Positions 1 through 11,705 of a DNA stretch of 64,000 nt are shown piece after piece (positions within the stretch are counted from its first letter, which is position 1; each line of letters begins with the position of its first letter). A model generated the notes under the pieces. That model did no database searches. It saw nothing but the letters and a program-made list of their open reading frames with translations, and had not been told where the DNA came from. The translations under genes and the position numbers were made by a program. Source of the DNA: Prasinococcaceae sp. CCMP 1430 (taxonomy: Eukaryota; Plantae; Prasinodermophyta); the NCBI GenBank assembly GCA_013416795.1, contig RQSC01001302.1, positions 114,217 to 178,216 on the forward strand. Reading direction: 5' to 3'.

Positions 1-1034
1 GGTGCGCGTGTGTGGCGCGCGCGCGCACGCGCGCGTGCACGCACCCTCGCCCCAGCCCGACCAAGGGTTGGATTCCAGCCTTCCATATATCGCAGGCGGG
101 TGCGCAGGCGCGGGATCCGCGCGGGGTTGCCCCCTCCGCACGGGTGCGGACCACACCCGCGACGGCCGCCGCGCGCAGCGGTGGCGGCTGCGCGCCGGGG
201 AACCGGAACCGGAACCGCCGCCGAAAGCGGAAGCCGGCCGGAAAATTTTCCCACCGGATAGATAGTGTGCAATGTCGCCGAATCAAGAGCCCAAAAAAGC
301 GCGCGCACGAAAGAGCGCGCCCCCGAAAAGCGCGCCGCGCCGGAAGCGGGAGCAGTGGCGGGGCGCGCGCCACCTCCAGCCGCAGCCCCAGCCAGCCAGC
401 CAGCCGGGGGCGCGCGCCCGCCCGCCCGCCCACCCGCCTGCGGCCTCTGCCGCGTGGTTGCGCGAGGCAGGGAGGGAGGCGCGCGAGTGCACAGCTACCT
501 TGTCGAGAGGGCTGCTCGGCTGCTTCGGCTGAGGGGCGGGCGCAGGTGCCAGGTTTTTTGATGGTACGCTTGGAGGCCCGGCCGGCCGGTGCCCGTGGGG
601 ACGCGTGCACGTGGCCAGCCTGGACTGCCCTTTTTTATTGTGCGGGATTTTGCGGGATTTGGGGGGTGAAACAGCTGGGGAAAAAAAACTGCAGAAAAGT
701 TTGGTTTGGGCGGGTGCGCAGGGGCTAGCAGTGCGCGCGCGGGTGCGGCGTATGCTGCCGGGAGCGACGATAGACGGTTAATTCGGCGGTCTCGCTGACA
801 AGTGGGTCAAGGCCCAGCCTGTCAATCGCCGCACACCATCGGGGTGCGCCACACCGAGCGCGGGCGTCCTCCCCATCTTTCCCACCCCCCACCCCCGCCG
901 GTGCCCGACTGTCCACCGGCAGTGGCCTGCGCGGCGCGCGGGTTGCCGGCGCCGACCATTCTCCTGGCCGCCAGCCGCCATCGCGGGCGGCTCGCCGCGC
1001 AGCTTGGCCTCACGCGTACTCGGGCTGCGAGCGA

Positions 1035-2603
1035 TGGGCGTGGAAAGTAAGGTGACACCGGAGGCTGGAGGGGCGGGGGCGGGTGGTGACAGTGCAGAAA
1101 AGGGCCCCGCTGAGGTGTCTGCGCATGGCCGCACGCAACGCTCGAAACAGACGCTGCGGGATGTCGCTGTCACAAGCGATACTGTGCCCGTGGCAGCCAC
1201 CGGCATCGCTCCCGTCAAAGTGCGCGGCGGAAAGGTCTGCCACCGCGGCGACGAGTCCGCATTCGACGCGCCACGGGCGCTCGTACTCTCGCGCCACTGC
1301 ATGGCCGCATACCTTGCGCCCGATGACACCGGCGCGATGCACCGCGAGCCACCTGAGTGGATGCTTCCCAGCATGGAGGAGCAGGTGACAGAACCTTCGA
1401 CCGAGGATGGGGCTGAACGAAAGGACGGCCCACCGGACGAACCGAGCCTGCGCACTGCGCTCCGCAACGGCCTTGGCCTCGGCCCCCCAATCAAGCTGCT
1501 GGAGTGGGTAGACCACGCGCAGAGCGACACGCAGATGTATTTCGCGGAAGCTCAAGCGCCGGGGCATGCGGGCCCAGAATTGCTCGTCGTGTTCCGCGGC
1601 ACCACCTCTATGAAAGATTGGTTGAACGATCTCGCCGTGGCGAAGACGTACTTCGAACCCGCTGACGACACGTACGAGGACATCATCGGCTGCGGGTCGT
1701 ACTGCGCACAGGTGGCATGCTGCGGCTGGCAGAGACCACTCGTGCACATGGGAAATTACAGGGCGTACATGGCGGTGCGCGGTGCGTACGACGTGGCAAC
1801 CCGCGCGCGCATGCAATCGTCCAGCGCGCCGCGCGAGGCCATCCTCTGACGCGCCGCCCCTACTCACATTGCGAAATGCCGATTTGACGCCCGTTTATGC
1901 GCGCGTTCTCAGAGCACATACAGCGCCACGTGCGCTGGGATAGGCCTGGCGGCATCGGACGGCTCACGATCTGCGGGCACTCACTTGGCGCAGCGCTGGC
2001 GACGCTTGCACTGGCGGACGCGGTGGCTATGCTCGGCCCCAGCCAGATCGTCAAGAGTGGCTGCCCCGTCGAACTCTTCACGGTACGCGAGCGAGCGCAT
2101 GCGATCCTGCGCTTTGACACAAGCACAGCTAACGCGTCTTGTTTCTGTCGCGGGGCACGGGTGGGCATACTTAGATCGGGTCGCCGCGTGTGGGCACAGC
2201 AGGATTCTTGGCTTACGTCGCCGCGCTCGTGCAGCCCCTGGTGTCAGCAAACCTGTTTCGCAACGCCCGATGCGTCAACGATGTGGATATCGTACCCAGG
2301 GTGCCCCCAATAGCCCTGGGGTTTCGTCACATGGGCGAACTGCACCTCTTTCTGGAGAGCGAGCGCGACTCCGAGCCCGATGCTGGAAGAGCCGTGCTGG
2401 TCATCGGCGGTGAACAAAGGGACGCGCACGAGGGGAAGCTGTGGACTCTCCTTCGCTCTGGGAAAGAACTCGCGATGGACCACATGGCATTCTCTTATCA
2501 CGCGTCCGTGCACGACCAGCTGCAAGTGCCCGCGCAGGCGACCGCTACGAAGGAGGAGGAGAAGGCCTGCGCGCCAGCTTTGGGGGGAGATGGCGTCGCG
2601 TAG
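1035..2603 (+). CDS. Class 3 (fungal-type) lipase, multi-exon; start uncertain
   Basis: Motifs LLVVFRGT..KDWLNDL, VHMG (usually VHxGF), nucleophile elbow GHSLG (~1975), VNDVDIVPRVPP, FRHMG and C-terminal DH are spread over three frames (ORFs 1004, 1897, 2190) joined by introns. Confidence 0.85.
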
Positions 2604-2720
2604 CAAGAAGGCAGGCGCGCGAGCGCGCCAGCGATCGCCGACGAGCGCTGCTTCTCCAGGCTCTCGCGCGCGGCGCCTATCGCTGCGCGCGTGTGCCCGC
2701 GCGTATACACAAACCACGCA

Positions 2721-4161
2721 TTAATTCGACGCGCAGTAGTGCTCGAGCACGTCCTCGAGCGCCTCGCGCGGGTAGTCTCCGGTGAAGACGCACTTGCCAA
2801 GCTCGCCCTTGAGCAGTATAAGTCTGATCTGCCCGCCCTTGTTCTTCTTGTCCACGGACATGTACTTGATGAACTCGTCCTTGGTCATGCCCGTGCCCGA
2901 CACATCCACTGGCGTGCCGATGCGCCGCAGGAGAGCCTCAGTGCGTTCGAAGATGGAGGCGTCGCACCAGCCCATGTCGGCGGACATCTTGGCAGCCATG
3001 CACATGCCCGCACTGACAGCCTCGCCGTGCAGCCACTCACCGTAGCCCACGCCCGTCTCGACGGCGTGGCCAAAGGTGTGACCGAGGTTGAGCGTGGCGC
3101 GCAGGCCAGCCTCCTTCTCATCCTCGGCCACGATGGCAGCCTGCGTCGATCGGCATCGCAGCGAGTGGAGCGCGCGGGCACGCGTCAGCGTCAAGCGCCC
3201 GAGCGAGCGCGTGTGGGCGTCAGCAGGCGAACGCAGGAGGCAAAGCGCGAGCGCAGCCCAGACGCTCGTGCGTTCCAGCGCGCACAGCTCGTCCACACAC
3301 TGCGCCCCGGGCTGCTGTCTTGGCTCACCTTGATCTCGCACGAGCGCTTGACGACGTGCGCCAGCGCCGCTGCGTCCTTGGCGAGGATAGCGTCCACGTT
3401 CTCCTCGAGCCACACGAAAAGCTCCGCGTCCCAGATGAGGCCATACTTGACGACCTCCGCGACACCGCTCGCGAGCTCGCGCTGTGGCAGCGATGCGAGC
3501 GTCTCCGTGTCGATGAGCACGCACTGCGGCTGGTAGAAGGCGCCGATCATGTTTTTCCCCAGCGGGTGGTTCACGCCCGTCTTGCCTCCTACGGAGGAGT
3601 CCACCATCGCCATGAGTGTCGTCGGCACCTGCACGAAGTCCACACCCCGCTGGTACGCCGACGCGGCAAAACCCGTCATGTCGCCGACCACACCGCCGCC
3701 GAGCGCGACGAAGGTTGCGTCCCTGCCCAGGCGGCACTCCATGGCCTTGTCCCACGCCATCATCAGCGTGGCCAGGTCCTTGTGCTCCTCGCCGTCTGGA
3801 AACGCCACCGCGTCCACTTGCGTGCCGCTGCCCTCGGAGAGCGCCGCGGCACACCGCTCGAGGTATAGCGGCGCGACGGTCTCGTTTGACACAACGAGGG
3901 CACGGTCGCCACGCACGTGGCGCTGCAGCAATTCGGCGTTGTCGAGCAAGCCCGTGCCGATGTAGATGGGGTACGAGCGGTCGCCCAGGTCCACGTCGAC
4001 CGTCGCGACGAGCTCGCCACGCTTCTGCGCGGCGGCGGCGGCCATGCCGCGCGCAGCAGCGCGGCGCGGCGCGCAGAGCAGCGGCTGTGGCGCCGCCCCA
4101 TACCCCACCCCCCTTGCACGGCACGCACGCGCCCAGCGGCGGCCGAAACCCCGCAAAGCAT
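2721..4161 (-). CDS. aroB: 3-dehydroquinate synthase, plastid-targeted, with introns
   Basis: [92 protein letters not shown] short first exon [11 protein letters not shown] splices in phase 0 to [13 protein letters not shown], giving a transit peptide. Confidence 0.97.
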
Positions 4162-4526
4162 CCCCGAAATCGCCGGCCGCTCCTCCCGCGCTCTCTGGCG
4201 CCGCCCCGCGCCACCACAGGTGAGCAACGCTTCATCGATGAAGTCAATACTTCAACCCACGGGAGACACAATGAGCCACCGCCACGCGTTTCGCGGAGCC
4301 GATGGCGTCACGCGGCGCGAAGCGACGCTTCCGCGCAGGCCACCCCTACACACCCACACTCACACCCACGCCCACCCCACCCCCACCCACCCACCGAGCG
4401 TTTCACCCGGGAAATGACCCCAGCTCTCGACCGCACGACTCGCGAGCCCCCTCGTCGACCCCCGACCGACCCACCGAGGACTCACGACGAGGCACCCCAC
4501 CGCGCGTGCGGCGCCTCCCACCCACG

Positions 4527-4720
4527 ATGGATGGTGAGGATCTCATCATCCGGAGTGCCTCTCCCTGCCGCCGGGCCGGGGGACGCCGCTGCCGGACCCG
4601 CACGCGCGCCCACGCGGCCGCGGTACAGATCGAGCTCGAGGCGCCGCAGTCCGACCCTATTCTCGACGACCCTAAATATGAGTTCTCAGCCCCAACCTCA
4701 GCCCCGGTCGGGCGCCAGCT
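4527..4720 (+). CDS. Possible 5' fragment of an unidentified gene (MDGEDLII...IELEAPQSDPILDDPKYEFSAP), cut by the N join at 4926
   Basis: Coding-like acidic stretch lying head-to-head with aroB. YEFSAP weakly recalls the TPX2 Aurora-binding motif. No continuation is visible. Confidence 0.25.
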
Positions 4721-4926
4721 TGCGGCCGCAGGATCGGAGGATGCGGCGCCTCTTCGCCGGGAGAGGCCGGGAGAGCGCGCCACGCGGGCGGCGCGCGCGT
4801 GGCGTCGGAGAAAAGCGCGAGGGGCGCGCCTCCCTCCCTCCCTCCCGCTCGCTCGCCGCTCGCTCGCCGCTCGCTCGCCGCTCGCTCCCCCCGCGCCCCA
4901 AACACACACACACCGACGCAGCTGTN

Positions 4927-6745
4927 GCGCGAGGCGCCGCGCCGCCCGCGCCCGGAGGCGGAGGCGGCGCCGCGGGGCGCGTGTACCCAGTGTTCGTGCT
5001 CGACGGCGACGCGTACCAGCTGCGCCGCTGCAGCGCGCTGAGGGCGAGTTTCCTCGTCGAGAGCCTGCGCGAGCTCGACAGGGAGCTGCGCTCGCGCGGC
5101 TCGCGTCTGTACGTTGCGTCGGGGGACCCCGTGCAGGTGCTGCCGCAGCTCTGGGAACGACTCGGCGTGACGCACCTCACGTTCGAGGCGGACGAGACCG
5201 GCGAGCCATACGCGCAGCGGCGCGACGCGGCCGTGCTGAGCGCCGCAAAGGCTGCGGGCATGAGCGCGGAGGCCCACGCGACCGAGACGCTCTATCCGCT
5301 CGGCGCGTACGTGGCGCGAAGCGGCGGTGACCCCGCCAACGTGCCCGCGACGATGGGCGCGTACGAGAAGCTGTTCGCGCGCATGGGCAAGGCGCCGCCC
5401 GCGCCGCTCGACATGCCAACGACCGCCGAGTTCAAGAGCGAACTCCGGGACGTTGTTGGAGGCGACGAGATGCTGCCGCCTCGTTCGCCCACCGACCTGC
5501 CCTGGCCGCGCGAGACGCCGCGGGCGCAGGTCGAGCCGGTGTGGAACGCCGCTGACTGCGAGGGGCTTTCGCCAGTTGCCCGAGGTGGCGAGCGCGAGGC
5601 GCTGAATCGCCTGCGCTCTTGCATGTCGCGCCATGCATGGGTGGCATCCTTCGAGAAGCCCAAAACGCTGCCCACCGCACTGTCGCCCTCCACGACGGCG
5701 CTGAGCCCCTACCTCAGCTTGGGCTGCCTCTCACCGCGCACGATGTGGCACGGGGTCGTCGAGTCTGCTGCCTCCGCGCCGGCTGGAGCGCCGCGGTCCA
5801 AGCCACCCGTGAGTCTGCACGGCCAGCTCATGTGGCGCGACTTCAGCAACCTGATGGCACACTCCGCCAACGCCGAGTGCGCCGGCAGCTGGGGCCAGAT
5901 GGAGGGCAATCGGTACTGCCGCGCGATTGAATGGGGCGAGGACGCGGAGCTGCTCGCCGCATGGAAGGAAGCGCGCACCGGCTATCCGTGGATTGACGCG
6001 TGCATGATGCAGCTTCGGACCGAGGGATGGGTGCATCACCTGGGACGCCACGCGCTGGCGTGTTTCCTAACACGCGGCGACCTCTGGCAGCACTGGGAGC
6101 GCGGCGCGGAGCACTTCGAGGGACAGCTGCTGGATGCCGACTATGCCCTCAACGGCTTCAACTGGCTTTGGTTGAGCTGCTCGGGTTTCTTCTACCAGGT
6201 GCGCTCGCCAGCGTACCCCCTAGCTCGCGCGCCCACGCCTGCCGCGCTCGCCTCGTGGCTGACAGCCTTTCCGCGCGCACGGTCACCAACGCGTGTGTTC
6301 ATGCACCCCACAGTACTTCCGCTGCTACTCGCCGGTGGCTTTCCAGAAAAAGAACGACCCCAGCGGTGCGTTCATCCGCAAATGGCTCCCGCAGTTGCGC
6401 AAGCTGCCTGACAAGTACATTTATGAGCCCTGGACCGCGCCGATCGCAGTGCAGAAGTCCGCAGGCATCATCATCGGAACCGACTACCCGAAGGTGCGTA
6501 CGCGTCCTGCCTAGCGCGGGCGCCCGCTCGCGCGCGCTCGTGTCAGACTCTGTCTCCCGCAACCGAGCCGCCGCATGGCTGACCGTACACTCGTGCACGC
6601 GCGCCCGCAGCCCGTCGTCGACCACAAGGTCGTCAGCAAGGAGAATATGGGCAAGGTCGCCAAAGCATACGAGGCTTACAAGAAGACCCAGTCCTCAGGG
6701 GCCGGCGGCGGCCCTCCCAAGAAGAAGCTCAAGGCGGGCAAATAG
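4927..6745 (+). CDS. (6-4) photolyase / animal-like cryptochrome; 5' end missing at the N join
   Basis: YPVFVLD, FLVESLRELD, TTALSPYLSLGCLS, TGYPWIDACMMQLRTEGWVHHLGRH, FLTRGDLW, LLDADYALNGFNWLWLS, YFRCYSP, YIYEPW. Introns at 6199-6313 and 6494-6610; stop TAG at 6743-6745. The usual WFR..LRL.DN N-terminus is absent. Confidence 0.95.
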
Positions 6746-6760
6746 CATGTCCGGACTGAT

Positions 6761-6765
6761 TGTAA
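6761..6765 (+). terminator. TGTAA green-algal polyadenylation signal of the photolyase gene
   Basis: TGTAA lies 15 nt after the stop. The same signal follows PCIF1 (18199-18203) and the SCP phosphatase (28346-28350). Confidence 0.55.
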
Positions 6766-6814
6766 TGGTACTGATACTGTACAAGATTTGCGGTTGGTAG
6801 TGCAAGGCAGCCCA

Positions 6815-7902
6815 TTAAGCGACCCCGGAAGGATCCCAGCAGAACTTCCTGGGCGCCACCCGCGCGAGCTCGCCTTCGGCCTCCTCGGTCAGAACGACTG
6901 TCTCCGCCTTTGCGTTCTCCTCTATGCGGCCCTCGTCCGCTGACCGCGGCAGCACCACGCAACCGCGTGCAAGGCCCCACGCGAGCAGCACCTGCGCCGT
7001 CGTACAGTTGCACAGCCGCGCCGCCGCGCGGACGTGCCGGTCTTCCAACAGCTCGCCGGTGCCAAGCGGTGAGTAAGCTTGTACCACACAGCCCAGCTGC
7101 GCGCAGCGTGCTCGCAGCGCATCCTGCCGGAACGCTGGGTGGCACTCGATTTGATTCGTCGCTGGCATCTCCCGCGCATAGACGACCATCTCATCGAGAT
7201 GTCGCACCTCGTAGTTCGACACGCCGATGGCACGACAGAGCCCCTCCGCCTTGGCAGACACGCAGCACGCACACGCACGAAGAGGGATAGGTACACGGGC
7301 GTGTCAGAGGCGCTCCGTCTGCTCTGTCCCCACACAGGCAGGCAGAAAGCTGCAGAACAGCGCTCGGCGCTGCTTTGCCCGCACACACCTTGCAGTCCTC
7401 GAGGGCGCGCCACGCCTCCCTCCGCGCTGCGGCATGCGCTTCAGAGCTATGTTTTTGTCGAGCGACGCCCGGCCAGTGCAGCAAATAGACGTCAACGTAC
7501 GGGGTGCGCAGGCGCTCAAGGCTCGCGTGCAGGGCGGCGACGGTCGACTCGTATGTCTTCAGCTCATACGCGCTCGCCTTTGTTACCAGCGATATGCACT
7601 CCCGCGTCAGAGTAGGATCTGCACTCGGTCGTGAAGTTGCATCGACGTGCGTCAGCGTGGGCGACACAAAACAGAGAAGCATGGCCTTCCCCACACGCCG
7701 GGTCTGCGCACGCACCTGCTGCCATCGCCGCGGCGATGCCGTCGGCGACCTCGCCCTCGTTCTTGTAAATTGACGCCGTGTCGAGCAGACGCACGCCGCA
7801 ACGCAGCGCTGCGGCGACTGCGCGCGCGCACGACTCGCCGCGCAGCGTGTGCGTGCCCATGCCCAGACGAGGCGTACGAGGCGGTGCCACCTCGCCTGCC
7901 AT
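6815..7902 (-). CDS. Aldo-keto reductase, multi-exon
   Basis: LGMGT, LLDTASIYKNEGEV (catalytic Asp/Tyr), SLERLRTPYVDVYLLHWP, RAIGVSNY, NQIECHP, QAYSPLG, QVLLAW, VVLPRS, RIEEN. Confidence 0.95.
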
Positions 7903-8329
7903 GCTGACACAGAGCGCGCGTGCTCCCTCTACCCTCGTATCAATTCCCCGAATCCCTCTCGTCTGCGTCTGCCAGTCCAGCCAGTGGGCTTGCCGGATCG
8001 CCCGGCCCCGAGCTCAGCCACACGCTCGCCGTGGTGTCGACACGCCGCACGCGTGCAAATGCACGCGGCAGCAGGCGCGGCGGTGCGCAGGGGCGCGCGG
8101 GGGGCAACGAAGGATCCGCTCCCCCCTCTCTCCGCCCCTTCCCTCCGACCACCCTTCCACTGCTATCGCGCCACGCCTCGCTGGCTGAGCGCCACGTGGT
8201 GTGCGCACACTGTGGTGGCACTGTGTTTGATCTTCGATGCTCTGCGCAAAATGCGCGGAAACAGGCCACACGCGCTGAGACGCCAGAGCCAAAATTGCAT
8301 AGTATACACACGTGTTGCGCGCGTCACCG

Positions 8330-10258
8330 TCACCGCACGCCGCGCCCCCCGTGGCTCGCCCCCGCGAGCGCGCCTGCCGCGTGCGGCGGCACGATAGACT
8401 CGATCAGCCCGTCTCCGCTGATGAGCTCGGTTGCGGCCACAACGAAGTCTATATCGCTCCGCGAGCTCAGGAAGCGCAGTGCAGCAATCTCAGCGAACGT
8501 CACTCCGCCGAGAAAGACAACCAGCACCACGCGCCTGGTAGTGCCGCCACTGCTCTTTGCTGCCGAGTGCAGGCGGTTGCCCCCCATTTCATCGGGCTTT
8601 TCGATGGGCACGCCGTTCGTGTCGAAGGTCTGCAGCAACTCAAAGTGTGAGCCCGGTAACGCTCGCAGTGCGTCTTCGACGCCCAGCCAGCCCTCCGGTC
8701 GCAGCAGCGCATGTTCGACCAGCCTGATGGACAGCGGTGCGTACCCCTGCGTGGCGAATGTGTACGCAATGTCCTCAGGATCGTCGTTGTCCAGCTCGTC
8801 CACACTGAGCGCCAGCGATCGCCTGCACGACGCAAAGGAGCTGCGCCCGCTCTCCTGGCGGCGAATGAGCCCCGACGCGAGTAGTGCATCGAGCGTGAGC
8901 AGCTGCTCGTGGCCGTACGCGTGCATGAGGACCGTGCGGTATGAGTCGAGCTGGCGGCGTGATAGGCCACCGGCGATGAGGCTGGCGGCACACAGCGGCT
9001 TGAGGGAGTCAGCCAGCGGCGCGCGACGAAAGGCGGCCTCCTCGGCCATCGCGCACGCCGCATCGACGGCCGAGCTCCCACCACCCTCAACGAGCGCGGC
9101 CTCGTTCTCCAGCCGCCGGCGAAAGGCAGGTTTGGACGCGAGGCGGTTGAGCGCATCGCTCAGCGAGATGTGGCGCTCTATCTCAGGCAGCGTCTTGAGG
9201 TCTTTGACGAAGTCTCGGATCTTGGACATGTGCGCCGAGGAGTCTCGCGCCGAGTCGTAGTCATTGCGGATCGCGTTCGCCTTGTCGCGCAGTTCGGCCA
9301 TCACATTGCCGAAATTGCGGTCGCGCAGCTGCTTGAAGAGGGCGTCCGAGGAGTTGAGCGCCACACGGTCTGGCCGCCCAGGCGCCTGCAGCTGCTGCTG
9401 CTGACCCTCGCCATGGTCACCACCCCCGCCCTTGCGCTTTCCACGGCCGAGAAGCCCGGCGGGGAGCTCGGCAACGCCATTGCGCACGCTGAAGAAGTGG
9501 TCGATGAGCCCCTCGTACGTGAGCGGCGTGAGCAGCGGCGTCACGCAGTCCACCTCGCGATCGATGAGCACCATCGCGTCCACCTGTGGCGCTACGGCCA
9601 CAGGCCCCACCCCGCCCTGCTCCTTGCGCATACGGCTGAGCACCTGCGCGCATGCGTGGGCGTTCACCCCCACGCCTTTGATGTGCGGCACGAGGCCGAT
9701 CTTTAGCTGCAAACGCGCGAGCGCGCGGGCGGCATAGTACACCGAGGTGCGGTCGCCGTCGACCGTGCACTCCTTGAAGCTACTGCCCAGTTCCAGGCTG
9801 AGCACATCCTCATCGAACGGAATCCAGTCGATGGGTAGCTCCTCGACACTCAATTCTCCCAGCACGCCCTCCTCCTCGAGAATGCGCTCGCACACGACCG
9901 TCCTGCGCGGGACATAGTACACAGCGTGCGTACGCGCCTCACTCGCCCTCGCCGCTGCTCGCACGTGGGCCGCCAGCGCCTTGGTCGCGCCAATTGTCGG
10001 CCGCACAATGTATACGACCGTCGGCGTGCGAAATGATCCTGGCGCTGCATCGAGCCCAAGCAGGTCTTCGACGCCATGCTCCTTGAGCGTCGACGTGCGC
10101 GTCACCAGCGCCATGGGGCCCGACAGCCGCGCGTCGAACACCACGGTCTTGCGCCCAGCGCGCGCGTCGAGCGCGTCGACCAATGCGGAGCGCGCCACGT
10201 CGCGCGCCGCGCCGACCGCAGCAAGGCGTGCGCCGTCGAGCGGCGGCAGCTGTGCCAT
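8330..10258 (-). CDS. VPS33: Vacuolar protein sorting 33 (Sec1/Munc18 family; HOPS/CORVET subunit)
   Basis: KTVVFDARLSGPMALV, DEDVLSLEL, LIDREVDCVTPLLTPLTYEGLID, LRDRNF, DIAYTFA.GYAPLSIRLVE, VVFLGGVTFAEIAALRFL. Confidence 0.93.
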   Translation of the reverse strand: MAQLPPLDGARLAAVGAARDVARSALVDALDARAGRKTVVFDARLSGPMALVTRTSTLKEHGVEDLLGLDAAPGSFRTPTVVYIVRPTIGATKALAAHVRAAARASEARTHAVYYVPRRTVVCERILEEEGVLGELSVEELPIDWIPFDEDVLSLELGSSFKECTVDGDRTSVYYAARALARLQLKIGLVPHIKGVGVNAHACAQVLSRMRKEQGGVGPVAVAPQVDAMVLIDREVDCVTPLLTPLTYEGLIDHFFSVRNGVAELPAGLLGRGKRKGGGGDHGEGQQQQLQAPGRPDRVALNSSDALFKQLRDRNFGNVMAELRDKANAIRNDYDSARDSSAHMSKIRDFVKDLKTLPEIERHISLSDALNRLASKPAFRRRLENEAALVEGGGSSAVDAACAMAEEAAFRRAPLADSLKPLCAASLIAGGLSRRQLDSYRTVLMHAYGHEQLLTLDALLASGLIRRQESGRSSFASCRRSLALSVDELDNDDPEDIAYTFATQGYAPLSIRLVEHALLRPEGWLGVEDALRALPGSHFELLQTFDTNGVPIEKPDEMGGNRLHSAAKSSGGTTRRVVLVVFLGGVTFAEIAALRFLSSRSDIDFVVAATELISGDGLIESIVPPHAAGALAGASHGGRGVR

Positions 10259-10574
10259 GGCCGCCGCGCGCAGGTCGGGCGGGGCGGGGCCAGGCGGCTG
10301 CCGCTCGTACCCCGCCCTGCGTGCGCAAAGTGGCAAGGGGGGGAAGGGGGGAACGTCACACTGCATCGCCTCCCTGCCTTTTCTTCTATACCTGCTCGCG
10401 GGGTGTTCCAGTCTCGATAATGCGGCCGGTGTGAGGCGACATGGCCCATGTGGCACACAGCGCGTGCGGTGCAGTGCGTGGGCAGCAACCTTCCCCAACG
10501 TCTCCCTCCCCCCCCTGGGCCCAACCCCCGTCGTGCCCCAGACTTTGCCCTTCACTCCCGCTGCAGCCGCCGCC

Positions 10575-11674
10575 ATGGCCGTGCTTTGCACCCGCCGCGC
10601 TACTGCCGCCGCGGCCGCCGCCCTGCTCTGCGCGGGCACCGCAGTTGCGCAGTACGACTTCGGCGGCATGGGCGGCGATTATCCCGACATGGACGACTAC
10701 GGAATGGATGAGTATGGCATGGGGGGGGGGGGAGGTGCCTCGGACTCGCCGGACGCACACATCCGAGGCGTTCTCGACCTCGACGACGTCACGTTTGACA
10801 AGGTCATCACAGGCGAGGCGGCAGCGTTCGGTGCGTCGCGCAGGAGGGCTGCGCTGCCAGTGGCGATCACACCGATCAGCGCGACAAGCAGCTACTGACC
10901 CGCGCGAATGGCACGGTTCACACCGCGGCGCTGCGCCGTGCCGCCCGCGCGCACACAGTCGAGTTCTACGCGCCGTGGTGTGGTCATTGCAAGTCGCTCA
11001 AGCCTGAGTTCGAGGCGCTCGCCGCCGAGATGGGATCCCACCCTGCGCTGGTCCTCGCGAAGGTGGACGTGGACAGCGAAGGTGGCCGGTCGCTTGGCGA
11101 GCGCTTCGGCGTCGAGGGCTTCCCCACCCTCAAGTTCCTTCCTCCCGGTGGCGGCGATGCGGACGACTACGATGGCGATCGCACTGCCTCGGCTATGCAG
11201 GATTTCCTCGAGTCTAAGGTCGGGCCAGCGGGCGCACTCCCGGAGATGGCCGAGGCAGTGGAGACCTTCGGTGCGTGCTGGCTGTTTACATGGATGTTTG
11301 CGCCCCCATGCCCACGCGATTGCGTCAGATGGCGCAGCACGCGCCAGCACACATTGCGCAGCGCATCAGCACATCCGCACTGACACTGACATCCTCCCCC
11401 AACAATTGCAGCCAAGGATATGGCCTCCGGCATTTCCGCCGCCGAGAAGGTAGCCGCCACACTCGCTGAGGGCGACGAAGAGAAGGCGGAGAAGGCAGCT
11501 GTGTATGTCAAGGTTATGAACAGCATCAAGGCGAAAGGAAAGGAGTACATATCAAAGGAGATCGAGCGCCTTGGGCGCATGATCGACAGCGGCAGTGTCA
11601 CGGAGGATAAGGCCGCCTCCTTCAAGGTCAAGCGCTCCACGCTGCGCGTGTTCAGCGCGAAGGACGAGCTTTGA
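10575..11674 (+). CDS. Protein disulfide isomerase-like (signal peptide + one WCGHC thioredoxin + ERp29 C-terminal D domain + KDEL), multi-exon
   Basis: EFYAPWCGHCK at ~10960, GFPTLKF, D-domain YVKVMNSI..KGKEYISKEIERLGRM, C-terminal KDEL. Confidence 0.92.
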
Positions 11675-11705
11675 GTCACAGATGTAGACAGTACAGCTTG
11701 GGTTA

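Noticed and set aside
61-85. GGTTGGATTCC resembling a tRNA T-loop/B-box
   Set aside because: It mismatches GGTTCGA, and I could not build a cloverleaf, D-arm or anticodon arm.
4230-4243. Perfect 14-bp palindrome CTTCATCGATGAAG upstream of aroB (partly like the 5.8S rRNA motif)
   Set aside because: Several palindromes of this length are expected by chance in 64 kb, and there is no rRNA context.
6199-6610. Introns checked for Introner-type repeated sequence
   Set aside because: The introns I compared share only donor and branch motifs (GTGCG, GCTGAC), not extended identity. A full all-vs-all intron alignment was not possible.
7667-7690. ACAGAGAAGCATGGCC resembling the U6 snRNA ACAGAGA box
   Set aside because: It lacks the intervening ATTAG and all other U6 sequence, and lies antisense inside the aldo-keto reductase gene.
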